The notes beneath the pieces were generated by a model that saw only the letters and a program-made list of their open reading frames with translations, did not search any database and was not told the origin of the DNA. The position numbers and the translations under genes are program-made. This document shows positions 10,035 through 22,455 of a stretch of DNA of 42,083 bases, piece after piece. The first letter of the stretch is position 1; every line of letters starts with the position of its first letter. The DNA is from Candidatus Kerfeldbacteria bacterium CG15_BIG_FIL_POST_REV_8_21_14_020_45_12 (GTDB lineage Bacteria; Patescibacteriota; Patescibacteriia; UBA9570; XYC2-FULL-38-9): assembly GCA_002781785.1 (NCBI GenBank), contig PFGC01000020.1, positions 1-42,083 on the forward strand, read 5' to 3'.

Positions 10035-11159
10035 ATGGCGAGACTAAAGCAAGAAATAAGTATGGCTGACCATAGCCTAAAGGGAAAGCTGCCTGAGGAG
10101 CGTACAATTTCTGTTAGTGTTCGCACGATTTTAAAGATAATTGGAGTTTTAGCGGCCATCTTTTTTCTGTTTTTTATCCGTGACGTGATTGGGTTAGTTT
10201 TTGTGGCCATTGTATTTGCCTCAGCCTTGGATCCTTGGGTGGACAAGATGGAGCGCTTTAGAATTCCACGTGGCATGTCTATATTACTGATGCTGGTGAT
10301 TATGTTGGCTGTGGCGGTTGGGGTTATTTATTTGTTGATTCCACCGCTAGCCAGTCAGGTTGGCGATATCATTGGATCGCTTGCCAAGCAAGCCCCACAA
10401 ATTGATAGTTTTTATCAATCACTTACGGGCCGAGAGGATGCCTCAGTACTAAAACAGATGCAGTCATTTCTGATCTCGATAAATTCTTCTATTGGCAGCA
10501 TATCCTCAGGGTTCTTTAGTGCCATTTCAGGATTCGTTGGTGCCATCGCAACCTTAATCATCGTGATGGTCATTACTTTCTACATGACGATTGAGGAGGA
10601 TGGGTTAAAAAAATTCGTGCGCTCGATCGCCCCAATTGAGTACCAGCCGTACCTAGTTCAAAAAACCAATCGTATTCAGGTGAAGATGGGTGGATGGTTG
10701 CGCGGACAGTTGATTCTAATGTTTATTATTGGCTCACTTACTTACGTGGGTTTACTTATTCTAGATGTCCCATATGCCCTGGTGCTAGCTATCTTTGCAG
10801 GTCTAGCTGAGTTTGTTCCCTTCTTAGGGCCACTGATTGCAGCTGTGCCTGCAGTCTTTTTCTCTTTTTCTGACTCGCCTTGGAAGGCCTTTGGGGTAGT
10901 TATCTTTTATATTGTATTACAGCAGCTTGAGAATCAAGTGATAGTTCCAAAAGTCATGCAAAAGGCGGTGGGCTTAAATCCGATAGTGGTAATTATTGTT
11001 ATGTTAATTGGCGCCAAAGTAGCTGGACTTGTCGGAATACTTTTAGCCGTCCCCGCTACCACAATCGCCTGGATATTTTTTGCAGATATTTTTGAGAGAA
11101 AAATTGAGGATGACAACAGGCTAGAATTTCCAACTGGAGATGTTAAAGATCCGTCATGA
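10035..11159 (+). CDS. AI-2E (PerM/YhhT) family transporter
   Basis: WLRGQL, EFVPFLGP, QQLEN.VIVPKVM, VGLNP, GILLAVP motifs. Start uncertain (10026 TTG, 10035 or 10062 ATG). Confidence 0.92.
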   Translation: MARLKQEISMADHSLKGKLPEERTISVSVRTILKIIGVLAAIFFLFFIRDVIGLVFVAIVFASALDPWVDKMERFRIPRGMSILLMLVIMLAVAVGVIYLLIPPLASQVGDIIGSLAKQAPQIDSFYQSLTGREDASVLKQMQSFLISINSSIGSISSGFFSAISGFVGAIATLIIVMVITFYMTIEEDGLKKFVRSIAPIEYQPYLVQKTNRIQVKMGGWLRGQLILMFIIGSLTYVGLLILDVPYALVLAIFAGLAEFVPFLGPLIAAVPAVFFSFSDSPWKAFGVVIFYIVLQQLENQVIVPKVMQKAVGLNPIVVIIVMLIGAKVAGLVGILLAVPATTIAWIFFADIFERKIEDDNRLEFPTGDVKDPS

Positions 11160-12610
11160 AAAATCAATTTTACGTCACAACATCGATTCCTTACGTAAAT
11201 GGCAACCCGCACATGGGTCACGCCCTAGAGTTTTTATACGCCGATGTCATAGCTCGCTATTACCGTCTGAAAGGGTATGACGTCCGTTTAACCACCGGTA
11301 CAGATGAGCACGGTCAAAAAGTACAGCGAGCCGCTGAAGCAGCGGGCGTTGAACCAGCAGCTCAGGCCGGCGTAGAGGCTGAACATTTTAAACGCTTGCT
11401 GGAGGCCTATAACTGTCAATATGATGACTTTGTTAGGACCACTGAGCCACGTCATGAGAAATCTGCTCATGTTTTTTGGCAGAAAATGGTTGATTCAGGT
11501 GATATTGAAAAGGGAGTTTATGAGGGGTTGTACTGCGTCGGCTGTGAAGCTAATAAGACAGAGAAAGATTTAATTGATGGTAAATGTCCAATACACGAAA
11601 AAACCCCTGAGCCAATCTCAGAAGAAAACTATTTTTTCCGGCTTTCTCGTTATGCTGATAAACTTCTGGCTTTTTATAATGAAAATCCTGACTTCATTTA
11701 CCCAGCTTTCAGGATGAAGGAAATGCGCGAGATTATCGCTAGCGGTTTAGAAGATGTTTCTATTTCACGCGACAAAAGTAGATTGTCGTGGGGCGTGTCA
11801 GTTCCAAATGATGACAATCAAGTTATGTACGTATGGTTTGAAGCTGTTATGAACTACGTTACTAGCGTTGGCCACGGGGTAGATGATGCTGAGTTCACTA
11901 AATGGTGGCCAGCGGATTTGCATATCATCGGTAAAGATATTAACCGATTCCATACCATTATGTGGCCAGCTATGTTGATGGCAGCAGGCCTAGACTTACC
12001 ACAAAAAGTTGGTGTTCATGGATTTATTACAGTCGATGGCAAAAAAATGAGTAAAAGTTTGGGGAATGTGATAGATCCATTTGCCCTTGTGGCTCAGTAT
12101 GGTGTAGAACCCATTCGCTATTTTCTACTTCGAGAAATGCCCTTTCAAGATGACGGGGATTTTTCCTACGAAAGATTAGAGGCTCGTTATCAGGCAGACC
12201 TTGCTAACGGTATCGGAAATCTTCTTTCTCGAGTAAGCAACATGATTGAGAAATACTCTCAGGGTGATCTTGATCCAAGTCCCCAAGAGTTGGATTATGG
12301 CAAAGCAGCGGCCATGCAGTACCATGACCTAATCCAGAAGCTAGAGTTTTCCAAAGCCCTTGATGTTATTTGGGGATTAATAGACGAGGCTAATGAACTA
12401 ATTGAGCAGGAAAAGCCCTGGGACTTAGCCAAAACCGACACTGATAGATTGCAGGTTATACTAGCGCAGTTGCTTTACTCACTTGAGCTTGTGACAGAGT
12501 GGCTAGAGCCGTTTATGCCAGAGACTGTACATACGATGCGCTCGGTTTTACAACGCCGTCCGATGGTAAAGGCAGAGCCATTATTTCCCCGTCTTGAGAT
12601 TACTAAGTAG
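11156..12610 (+). CDS. metG: Methionine--tRNA ligase (short form without C-terminal tRNA-binding domain)
   Basis: YVNGNPHMGH, TGTDEHGQK, YVWF, GKDINRFH, KMSKS, C-terminal PLFPR. Confidence 0.97.
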   Translation: MKNQFYVTTSIPYVNGNPHMGHALEFLYADVIARYYRLKGYDVRLTTGTDEHGQKVQRAAEAAGVEPAAQAGVEAEHFKRLLEAYNCQYDDFVRTTEPRHEKSAHVFWQKMVDSGDIEKGVYEGLYCVGCEANKTEKDLIDGKCPIHEKTPEPISEENYFFRLSRYADKLLAFYNENPDFIYPAFRMKEMREIIASGLEDVSISRDKSRLSWGVSVPNDDNQVMYVWFEAVMNYVTSVGHGVDDAEFTKWWPADLHIIGKDINRFHTIMWPAMLMAAGLDLPQKVGVHGFITVDGKKMSKSLGNVIDPFALVAQYGVEPIRYFLLREMPFQDDGDFSYERLEARYQADLANGIGNLLSRVSNMIEKYSQGDLDPSPQELDYGKAAAMQYHDLIQKLEFSKALDVIWGLIDEANELIEQEKPWDLAKTDTDRLQVILAQLLYSLELVTEWLEPFMPETVHTMRSVLQRRPMVKAEPLFPRLEITK

Positions 12611-12616
12611 AGCTCT

Positions 12617-13168
12617 ATGATTCTCAACATCATCATCATAGTTTGGCTGGGCATATCCTTATTTAGTGGACTAAAACTCGGCTTTGTCTATAAAGCTGGA
12701 ACTACTATTGGTTTTATTTTTGGAGTTTGGCTGTCCAGTAGGTGGACGCCAGGCGTTGCTAGTTGGCTTGGTGGGTCACCTCTGACCGTCGCTTTAGTTT
12801 TTCTATTTTTTCTCTCCATTATGTCAAAGCTATTTGGAGGGGTTGCTTGGCTATTAGATAAGGTATTTAAGATACTAGCTCTGTTGCCTGGATTGAAGAG
12901 TTTTAATCGGGTGCTAGGTGGATTACTTAGCGTGCTATTGTCCTGCTTCATTATTAGCGCCGGTCTATTTATTGCCGTGTCATTCTCAGAAGCTGACTAT
13001 GAGAACAATTCTTCAACTATCTCAGCGAGTGCAGAAGGCCCAGCTTTGGCTAATGCCATTAATGAGTCGAGTATGGCTCGCTCGCTTTTAACTTTGAAGA
13101 TTTTTTACCAACCCTTGCTCTCAGACGTGCTGGCTACTTACCTGACTGATGAAAAAACGTCAGAATGA
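12617..13168 (+). CDS. CvpA (colicin V production) family membrane protein
   Basis: 4 TM helices with G...GF start and NRVLGGLL pattern, plus ESSMA-type C-terminal segment. Confidence 0.75.
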   Translation: MILNIIIIVWLGISLFSGLKLGFVYKAGTTIGFIFGVWLSSRWTPGVASWLGGSPLTVALVFLFFLSIMSKLFGGVAWLLDKVFKILALLPGLKSFNRVLGGLLSVLLSCFIISAGLFIAVSFSEADYENNSSTISASAEGPALANAINESSMARSLLTLKIFYQPLLSDVLATYLTDEKTSE

Positions 13169-14049
13169 AATTTGTTGATACCCACGCCCACGTTAATTTT
13201 CGAGCATTTTCTGAGGACGCTGACCAGGTTATCCAGACTGCCCTCGTTAGTGGTGTTAACATGATAAATGTTGGTACAAACTTTGCCACCAGTCAGCGAT
13301 CAGTTGAAATTGCCGAACGGACCCCAGGTATGTGGGCTGCTATTGGATTACACCCAATTCATTTAGCAAAAGACATAACCGAGACTGCTAAGTTTTCAGG
13401 AGAAGAATACTCGTTTACAACAAAGTCAGAATTATTTGATAAGAGAAAGTTTTTTGAATTAGCCCAAAGTCCATCCGTCGTGGCCGTTGGTGAATCTGGA
13501 TTGGACTACTTTCACTTAGAGGACTTCAAGCACCCCGACATGACTGCTGAACAATTTGTCGAGAGACAAAAAGAGACGCTTTATGAAATTCTAGGTTTTG
13601 CGCGGGAAATAGAACGACCTCATATATTTCATTGTCGTGACGCCTACGACGAGTTTGCAGATATTGTTAGGCAATTTGGTGATAATAGCGATGGGGGAAG
13701 TGTTGGAGCTGGGGTTCGTGGCGTCGTTCACTGCTTTACGGGAAGTTGGGAGCAAGCTGAAAAGTTACTTGAGCTTGGATTATATATTGGCTTTACCGGC
13801 ATAGTCACTTTTCCAAATGCTCAGTCTCTTCAGGATATCGCTCGGCGCGTACCACTTGACCGCCTGTTAATAGAAACCGATTCGCCGTATTTAGCGCCAC
13901 AAGCTGTCCGAGGACAACGCAATGAGCCTAGTCATGTTATCCACGTAGCTGAGAAAATTGCTGAGCTAAAAGGCCTGTCTCTTGAGGAGGTAGCTCTAGC
14001 TACCACCCAAAACGCCATTTCACTGTTTCAGCTTCCGCTTACTATCTGA
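13165..14049 (+). CDS. tatD: TatD-family metal-dependent hydrolase/DNase
   Basis: DTHAH, GLHP, VGESGLDY, HCRDA, HCFTG, ETDSPYLAP...RNEP. Confidence 0.96.
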   Translation: MKFVDTHAHVNFRAFSEDADQVIQTALVSGVNMINVGTNFATSQRSVEIAERTPGMWAAIGLHPIHLAKDITETAKFSGEEYSFTTKSELFDKRKFFELAQSPSVVAVGESGLDYFHLEDFKHPDMTAEQFVERQKETLYEILGFAREIERPHIFHCRDAYDEFADIVRQFGDNSDGGSVGAGVRGVVHCFTGSWEQAEKLLELGLYIGFTGIVTFPNAQSLQDIARRVPLDRLLIETDSPYLAPQAVRGQRNEPSHVIHVAEKIAELKGLSLEEVALATTQNAISLFQLPLTI

Positions 14050-14061
14050 TATCATATCAAT

Positions 14062-15024
14062 ATGGAAAATATAATTGTTTTAACACTAATAGCTCTAGCT
14101 GCCATTAATCTGGTAGGTATAATTATCATTTTCCGCCGTGTTAATAAGGGCGATAGCTCAAAAGATGCTGGTATTGGCATGATGAATCAAAATATTCAAG
14201 GCATGCAAGATAGACTAGACAAGGTGTCTCTTGGACTTAATGAGAGGCTCGACAACGCTGCTCGAGTCATCGGCGAGGTAAATAAGGAGCTAGGTACTAT
14301 GCAGGAAATTGGCCGGAGCATGAACGCGCTGCAGGATTTTCTAAAGAGTCCTAAACTACGTGGAAATATCGGTGAGCAGGTCCTAAAAGACATGCTTGAT
14401 CAGTACTTCCCCCAAAAACTTTATCAGATGCAGTACAAGTTCACTGAAGGGCAAGTGGTTGATGCTGTTCTTAAAACTGACAATGGGATCATTCCGATAG
14501 ATGCTAAGTTTCCCATGGAAAACTACCAAAGGATGGCCGCAGAAGAGGGAACTGAGGCGCGCGAGCGTTACTCTAGAGAGTTTATCAAGGATGTTAAAAG
14601 ACACGTTGATGCCATATCAAAGAAATATATTCTACCTGATGAAGGAACAGTCGATTTTGCAATTATGTATGTTCCGGCCGAGTCCGTTTATTATGAGATA
14701 ATTCGAAATGATTCTGAGTTAAATGCTTACAGCATTTCCCGCAAGGTGCTTTACGTTTCACCTAATTCATTCTATTATTTTCTTCACATCCTCATGATGG
14801 GAATGCAGGAAAAGAAGATGGCAGAAGCTGCTAAGGAAATGATCGCTTCAATTAGAGGAATTCAAAAAGATGCCGTTCGTTTTGGAGAGACTTTGGGAGT
14901 TCTGAATCGTCACATTACTAACGCGAAGTCAGCTCTAGATCGCACTTCCTCAGATTATGATAAATTGTCTGGTAAAATTGAGCGGATAGACCACTTTGAA
15001 GATCAAAATCAATTAGAGCAATGA
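14062..15024 (+). CDS. rmuC: DNA recombination protein RmuC
   Basis: N-terminal TM and coiled coil; PKLRGNIGE, IDAKFP, ISKKYI, DFAIMYVPAE. Confidence 0.93.
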   Translation: MENIIVLTLIALAAINLVGIIIIFRRVNKGDSSKDAGIGMMNQNIQGMQDRLDKVSLGLNERLDNAARVIGEVNKELGTMQEIGRSMNALQDFLKSPKLRGNIGEQVLKDMLDQYFPQKLYQMQYKFTEGQVVDAVLKTDNGIIPIDAKFPMENYQRMAAEEGTEARERYSREFIKDVKRHVDAISKKYILPDEGTVDFAIMYVPAESVYYEIIRNDSELNAYSISRKVLYVSPNSFYYFLHILMMGMQEKKMAEAAKEMIASIRGIQKDAVRFGETLGVLNRHITNAKSALDRTSSDYDKLSGKIERIDHFEDQNQLEQ

Positions 15025-15725
15025 GCGAACTAACCACAAATGAGTTGTTTGACCTGACTCACACCAAGCACGCTGAGCTTTTTGATGATGTTGAGTACGC
15101 TTGGGAGGTAATCCCTCTTATAGAGCAGTATCTGGAATATATTCAAAAGAGTCCAAAAATTCAAGGAACTGTTAGTAAGCTAGCTGTCATTGAGGGGAAA
15201 GTCAGTCTTGGTAAGGGCTCAGTCGTTGAAGCGGGAGCTGTTATTCACGGTCCGACAATTATTGGAGAGAACACAACTATTCGCTCTGGAGCCTTGATTA
15301 GAGGAGGAGCTATCATCGGAGACAATTGCATGGTGGGAAATAGTACAGAAATAAAAAACGCTCTGCTATTTGACGGAGCGATAGCTCCTCATTTTAACTA
15401 TATTGGAGATACCGTATTGGGTTATAAGGTTCACCTAGGGTCCAGTGTGGTTATTTCCAACCTAAAGACCCCACCAGGTGAGATAGTAGTATCGACTCTA
15501 CAGCAGACCTATAATACTGGACTTACAAAATTTGGTGCCTTGATTGGCGACGAAACGGAGATTGGCGCCAATGCTGTACTAAACCCCGGAACCGTTATTG
15601 GAAAACGCTGCATAATTTATCCGCTGGCTCTGATTAGAGGAGTTGTGACGACTGACTCAATTGTTAAAGTGAGGCAGCAGCACGAGGTGGTAACTAGAAG
15701 ACAGACTGAGTTTTCACTTGATTAA
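15021..15725 (+). CDS. Hexapeptide-repeat (left-handed beta-helix) acetyltransferase-like protein, GlmU C-terminal-like
   Basis: Repeated I/V-G-x-x-x-x units, STEIKN, HFNYIGDTVLG, KFGALIGD, LNPGTVIG; no nucleotidyltransferase domain. Confidence 0.85.
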   Translation: MSELTTNELFDLTHTKHAELFDDVEYAWEVIPLIEQYLEYIQKSPKIQGTVSKLAVIEGKVSLGKGSVVEAGAVIHGPTIIGENTTIRSGALIRGGAIIGDNCMVGNSTEIKNALLFDGAIAPHFNYIGDTVLGYKVHLGSSVVISNLKTPPGEIVVSTLQQTYNTGLTKFGALIGDETEIGANAVLNPGTVIGKRCIIYPLALIRGVVTTDSIVKVRQQHEVVTRRQTEFSLD

Positions 15726-15727
15726 CC

Positions 15728-16693
15728 ATGAGGCGACCTAGACGATCTGAGCCAGTTCAGAGAATGAGGGCTGTTAATTTAGAGCCTGAAGAAAAAAATC
15801 CAAACGAAAGGCCTTTTAAAATAGAAGATCTGATTGATGATGATGTTTGGGATGAAATTGATATTGGAGTATCTAAAATACGAAGAAAAAGCTCTGCGTC
15901 AGCTTTATATGAAAAGTATACTTACTACGTGCTCAAGGCATTTCCAGATAAACGTGACCTCCTACGGCTTGATGACAAGGCTTGGGAAATAATGCTACCC
16001 AAGGCCATTCGCTATATCACTGGGGAGCCAATTATTGAAGGCCAAGAACCTGGTAGGACCCCCTATCACATAGACCAATTCTTGGAAGTTGGTAGAGCTC
16101 TAGTCTTGGTAGATCCTGACAGGTTCTTAGGAGAGGTGCGGTCGGCTTGTCCAGATTTAACCAAGGCATTTTCTGAGGGATATAATGTGATTAAAAATAA
16201 TACTGACGATCCTGTTGTTGGCATGTCACCTTCGGTAACAAGTATGATGGCAGAGTATCTGGCGAATTGGAAGCTGTTAGACCCGGCAGTAGTCGAAACT
16301 CTGGTCGATGATGAGTTATGGGCAAACATGAAAGCTCAGTTAGAATTTTTTTCCAGGAAAGACACCATTCTTGAAGAGCATGCCTGGAGTGAGTGGTTAA
16401 TACTGGCCTCCGCTATGAGAATTTTAAGGCCTGGCCAATTTGAAGCTGATCAAATCCTAGATCCAAGCTCTGTGCGCAGTATTTGGGAGGACCTGCTTGC
16501 TCAGCGTGAAAAAAATCTTAGCGAGCCAGAGCAAGCTCAGTGGGTAATGTTAGTTAGCATTATAGAGTCGGCTGCCAATTTAATGCTGATAACTGCAGGA
16601 GAGGTTACTATTTCAGCTCCCGGAAAACTTTACGTTGGAGACAAGAAACGTATTGAAAATAAACAGTCTCTGCCTAAGAGAAAAACAATATAA
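15728..16693 (+). CDS. Hypothetical protein, member 2 of dispersed RxRAV...LPxR paralogue family
   Basis: 321-aa ORF 2 nt after the upstream stop; N-terminal QRMRAVNL, repeated LVLVDP/WKLLDP/MRILRP, C-terminal LITAGEVTISAPGKLYV...LPKRKTI. Confidence 0.82.
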   Translation: MRRPRRSEPVQRMRAVNLEPEEKNPNERPFKIEDLIDDDVWDEIDIGVSKIRRKSSASALYEKYTYYVLKAFPDKRDLLRLDDKAWEIMLPKAIRYITGEPIIEGQEPGRTPYHIDQFLEVGRALVLVDPDRFLGEVRSACPDLTKAFSEGYNVIKNNTDDPVVGMSPSVTSMMAEYLANWKLLDPAVVETLVDDELWANMKAQLEFFSRKDTILEEHAWSEWLILASAMRILRPGQFEADQILDPSSVRSIWEDLLAQREKNLSEPEQAQWVMLVSIIESAANLMLITAGEVTISAPGKLYVGDKKRIENKQSLPKRKTI

Positions 16694-16697
16694 ATAC

Positions 16698-17120
16698 ATG
16701 TCCATTGAGTCAGTTAAAGGTCCTCGGAGGCCTCTAATCCCACCAGTCGAAGCAATTGACAAGTCTCGGACAGGTGTCGCCAAAAGGCCTCACGCTAAGG
16801 CAGAGGGCGCCGCTAACACGGATTCAGAGACGACGCCTGATTCAGGTGTTAGCTTTGAGTCGTCACCGCTCAGGCAAGAGCTTGAAAGTCTTCAGGCACA
16901 ACTGCCAGTTGATCAACAGTTTACAATCATAGACGGGCTCTATGCCGGACAATGTGTAGTGATACGTAGTCATGGAATTGCCCAGCGACAAATCGGCTAC
17001 CGTGATGGTGGATTACCTATAACTGAAACTGTAGCCGTGGCTTGGGCGTCTACCGAGGCAGAGCCAGATCAGCTTATTGCCATAAACGGTCAACGTCGCT
17101 ATATAGATACGACACCTTAA
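16698..17120 (+). CDS. Hypothetical protein (low-complexity N-half, small beta-rich C-domain)
   Basis: ATG at 16698, 4 nt after the upstream stop (preferred over 16635); 140 aa; followed by a terminator. Confidence 0.65.
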   Translation: MSIESVKGPRRPLIPPVEAIDKSRTGVAKRPHAKAEGAANTDSETTPDSGVSFESSPLRQELESLQAQLPVDQQFTIIDGLYAGQCVVIRSHGIAQRQIGYRDGGLPITETVAVAWASTEAEPDQLIAINGQRRYIDTTP

Positions 17121-17147
17121 TCCAGCATCATCAAATAGAGGAAAACA

Positions 17148-17178
17148 AAAAACACGCTGATCTAGTCAGCGTGTTTTT
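17148..17178. terminator. Bidirectional rho-independent terminator
   Basis: Perfect inverted repeat AAAAACACGCTGA-tctag-TCAGCGTGTTTTT between convergent genes, giving a U-tract on both strands. Confidence 0.9.
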
Positions 17179-17195
17179 AAAGATATGATCCCTTC

Positions 17196-17615
17196 TTAAC
17201 TACGCCACTTCTTTCCTACCGCCAATTTGGCGCGCTCTTTTTGCAAGAGTCTTTGCAGGTTGTTGTAGGTAGTGATATCCATCTCTTCTTGTGTTTCAAG
17301 TTCTTTAGCAAGTTCGGCGGCTTTTTTCTCAGACGCTTCCACATCAATGTCGTGAGCGTGATCTGCAGCATCAGCCAGAATAACCAAGGTGTTGTTTGAT
17401 ATTTCCAAAGTACCGAATGATACTGCCAGTGGAAACTCCTTGTCACCGTCCTTGATTAATAGTTCACCAGCCATCAGGATAGAAACCAACTGTGAGTGAT
17501 TTGGCAATACAGTGATTTCTCCATCCTGAGTATTAACCACTACCTGGTCAACAGGCTGATCAAACAACGTCTTAACTGGGGTCAGTAGCTTCAGTTGTAG
17601 CCTATCGGTAGACAT
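17196..17615 (-). CDS. atpC: ATP synthase F1 epsilon subunit
   Basis: LLTP, GEITVLPNH, ILADAA motifs plus C-terminal helices; last gene of the operon. Confidence 0.95.
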   Translation of the reverse strand: MSTDRLQLKLLTPVKTLFDQPVDQVVVNTQDGEITVLPNHSQLVSILMAGELLIKDGDKEFPLAVSFGTLEISNNTLVILADAADHAHDIDVEASEKKAAELAKELETQEEMDITTYNNLQRLLQKERAKLAVGKKWRS

Positions 17616-17620
17616 TATGG

Positions 17621-19943
<2,323 letters not shown>

Positions 19944-19963
19944 ACAGTAAAAGGATGGTTGCG

Positions 19964-21496
19964 TTAGCTCTGTTTCTCAATGAAGTAGCTCTGATCTGCC
20001 GTTGATGCAAACTCAGCTACAACGCTCTTCAGTTTTTCTTCCCAAGTCTCATCATACATTAACTCCTCTCGAATCTCGGTAAACAGGTCGCCGGCATTAT
20101 TTTCAATATACTCCATCAAGCCAGCTATGAAAGGCTGGACTTTTTCAACTTTAACATCACTCAGCATTTCGTTTGTAGCCACATAAATTTGAATGACTTG
20201 GCGTTCAACTGGAACTGGACTGTACTGACTTTGTTTTAAGAGTTCCTCTAAGCGTCTACCCAAATCAAGCTGTCTCTTAGTAGCTGCATCAAGGTCAGAG
20301 CCAAATTGAGCAAAGGCTTCCAGTTCGCGGAATTGAGCCAGTCCCAAACGCAGGGTTCCAGCTACCTTCTTCATCGCCTTAATCTGAGCTGCTCCACCTA
20401 CACGTGAAACGGATAGTCCCACATTAATAGCCGGTCTAAAACCTTTGTTAAAAAGGTCTGATTCTAGATAAATTTGACCATCGGTAATAGAAATAACATT
20501 AGTTGGAACGTAGGCAGACACGTCACCACCTTGAGTCTCGATAATAGGTAGAGCAGTCATAGATCCAGCTCCCAACTTGTCATTCAACTTAGCCGATCGC
20601 TCAAGTAACCTTGAATGTAGGTAGAAAACGTCACCTGGGAAAGCCTCGCGGCCCGGTGGGCGGCGTAGGATCAGTGAAATGTGTCTATAAGCTACAGCGT
20701 GCTTAGAAAGATCATCATAAATGATCAAGGCGTGCTTACCTTTATCCATGAAGTATTCTCCCATTGAACAGCCTGCATAGGGCGCTAGGTAGTTCATAGC
20801 TGCTGCTTCAGAGGCTGTGGCTGAAACCACAATCGTGTATGCCATAGCGCCAGCCTTCTCAAGCCTAGAAACTATCTGAGCTACTTTATTTTCTTTTTGT
20901 CCTATAGCGACATAAATACAAACGATATCCTCTCCTTTTTGATTGAGGATAGTATCAATTGCTACCGCAGTTTTTCCAGTCTGACGGTCACCAATAATCA
21001 ACTCACGTTGACCACGACCAATTGGCACCATGGTGTCGATAGACTTAAGTCCTGTCTGCAGTGGCTCATGAACTGATTTACGGCTCATCACTCCAGGGGC
21101 AATTCGCTCCATTGGGTATCTTTCTGAGGAATCCAGAGCACCCTTACCGTCCTTAGGATTTCCTAGTGGATCCAAAACTCGACCGATTAGTCCATCACCA
21201 ACTGGCACAGACATGAGCTCGCCAAGGGCCTTGATGGTCATGCCCTCACCGATATCGGTGTATTCACCAAGTACCATAATTCCACACATACCTTCCTCCA
21301 AGTTCAACACGACTCCGCGCACGCCATTATCAAATTCAACCATCTCGGCAGCTCCAACATCAGCCAGGCCAACTGCCTTGACAATACCATCTGAAATCTC
21401 AACTACGCGGCCAATTTTTTCTTCAGTAATATCGGCTTTGTACTCTGAGATTGTTTTCTTGAGGTGTTCAACGACCGTATCTTTTTGTCCCGTCAT
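19964..21496 (-). CDS. atpA: ATP synthase F1 alpha subunit
   Basis: [39 protein letters not shown]. Confidence 0.98.
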   Translation of the reverse strand: MTGQKDTVVEHLKKTISEYKADITEEKIGRVVEISDGIVKAVGLADVGAAEMVEFDNGVRGVVLNLEEGMCGIMVLGEYTDIGEGMTIKALGELMSVPVGDGLIGRVLDPLGNPKDGKGALDSSERYPMERIAPGVMSRKSVHEPLQTGLKSIDTMVPIGRGQRELIIGDRQTGKTAVAIDTILNQKGEDIVCIYVAIGQKENKVAQIVSRLEKAGAMAYTIVVSATASEAAAMNYLAPYAGCSMGEYFMDKGKHALIIYDDLSKHAVAYRHISLILRRPPGREAFPGDVFYLHSRLLERSAKLNDKLGAGSMTALPIIETQGGDVSAYVPTNVISITDGQIYLESDLFNKGFRPAINVGLSVSRVGGAAQIKAMKKVAGTLRLGLAQFRELEAFAQFGSDLDAATKRQLDLGRRLEELLKQSQYSPVPVERQVIQIYVATNEMLSDVKVEKVQPFIAGLMEYIENNAGDLFTEIREELMYDETWEEKLKSVVAEFASTADQSYFIEKQS

Positions 21497-21500
21497 AACT

Positions 21501-21896
21501 TTAGTTCGAGTGAATTAGTTGAGCGAGTTTTCGCAGCTGTCCTCGCAGAGATAGATCCCACCGTTTATTAGCAGTTTCTATCTGTATGCCACCGATAATC
21601 GATGGGTCATTTTCTCTATCAATTTTTACCTTTACCTCTGGAAGAACCTGCTTCACGTGCTTGGCGATTATTTCATCAGGAATGTCATGAGCACTTCTGA
21701 CAGTTACTTGGGTAACTCCTTGACTGGCCAGCTCAGTTTCCTCAACTAGCCTTACAATATCAGGTAGCAGTCTCATCTTTCCGTCCTGTCTAATCAGCTT
21801 CAACATTTTTTCAGAGACACCAGGCCACTCAGCTGGTGGTACAGCGGATAGCTTTTCGTACCAGGCTTGAGCATATTGTGAGGCAGAGGCTTTCAT
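21501..21896 (-). CDS. atpH: ATP synthase F1 delta subunit (short)
   Basis: Position between atpF and atpA; [26 protein letters not shown]. Start MKAS at 21896. Confidence 0.88.
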   Translation of the reverse strand: MKASASQYAQAWYEKLSAVPPAEWPGVSEKMLKLIRQDGKMRLLPDIVRLVEETELASQGVTQVTVRSAHDIPDEIIAKHVKQVLPEVKVKIDRENDPSIIGGIQIETANKRWDLSLRGQLRKLAQLIHSN

Positions 21897-21897
21897 A

Positions 21898-22392
21898 CTA
21901 TTTAACCTCTGCGACAATTCTCTCAATGTACTTGGTGTCGGCAGTCACATCAAGCTTGTCCATTAAGACTTTCTCGGTAGCAGCCAGCACTAACTCAACG
22001 GCCTGTTCTTGAGCCTCGCGCAACATTCTCTCACGCTCGTCATGGATCTGTTGCTTTGCCCTTTGGGCAATACCAACCAGGTCAGTCTTATTTTTTTCTA
22101 ACAAAGCAGCAGCCTGCACCTGGGCTTGCTCCTTAGCACGTTGAATTATCTCCTGGGCCTGCTTGTGGCCATCAGCAACCATCTTTTCATACTCTGATTT
22201 TGCTTCAACCAGCGCTTGCTGCGCAGTTTCAGCGTCTTTTACTCCTTTTTCAATCTTCTCAGTTCGATCTTTCACAAACTTCAAGATTGGCTTGTATCCC
22301 AACTTGAATAATACTGCGTACAACACGGCAAAATTTACCAAGTTGAACAGCAGATTTTTCAGGTCGATTCCAAATGCGTTAAATAGTTCCAT
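21898..22392 (-). CDS. atpF: ATP synthase F0 b subunit
   Basis: N-terminal TM (LVNFAVL..L...YKPI), R..KI motif, long coiled coil. Confidence 0.95.
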   Translation of the reverse strand: MELFNAFGIDLKNLLFNLVNFAVLYAVLFKLGYKPILKFVKDRTEKIEKGVKDAETAQQALVEAKSEYEKMVADGHKQAQEIIQRAKEQAQVQAAALLEKNKTDLVGIAQRAKQQIHDERERMLREAQEQAVELVLAATEKVLMDKLDVTADTKYIERIVAEVK

Positions 22393-22415
22393 AGGTTCAA
22401 GTAATCAATACCCTT

Positions 22416-22443
22416 CTGCCCACTTACGGGCGTAACTGGGCAG
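22416..22443 (-). promoter_or_regulatory. Stem-loop between atpE and atpF
   Basis: CTGCCCA-g-TTAC-gccc-GTAA-g-TGGGCAG on the - strand, with no U-tract. Confidence 0.6.
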
Positions 22444-22455
22444 TGAGGCTATTGG

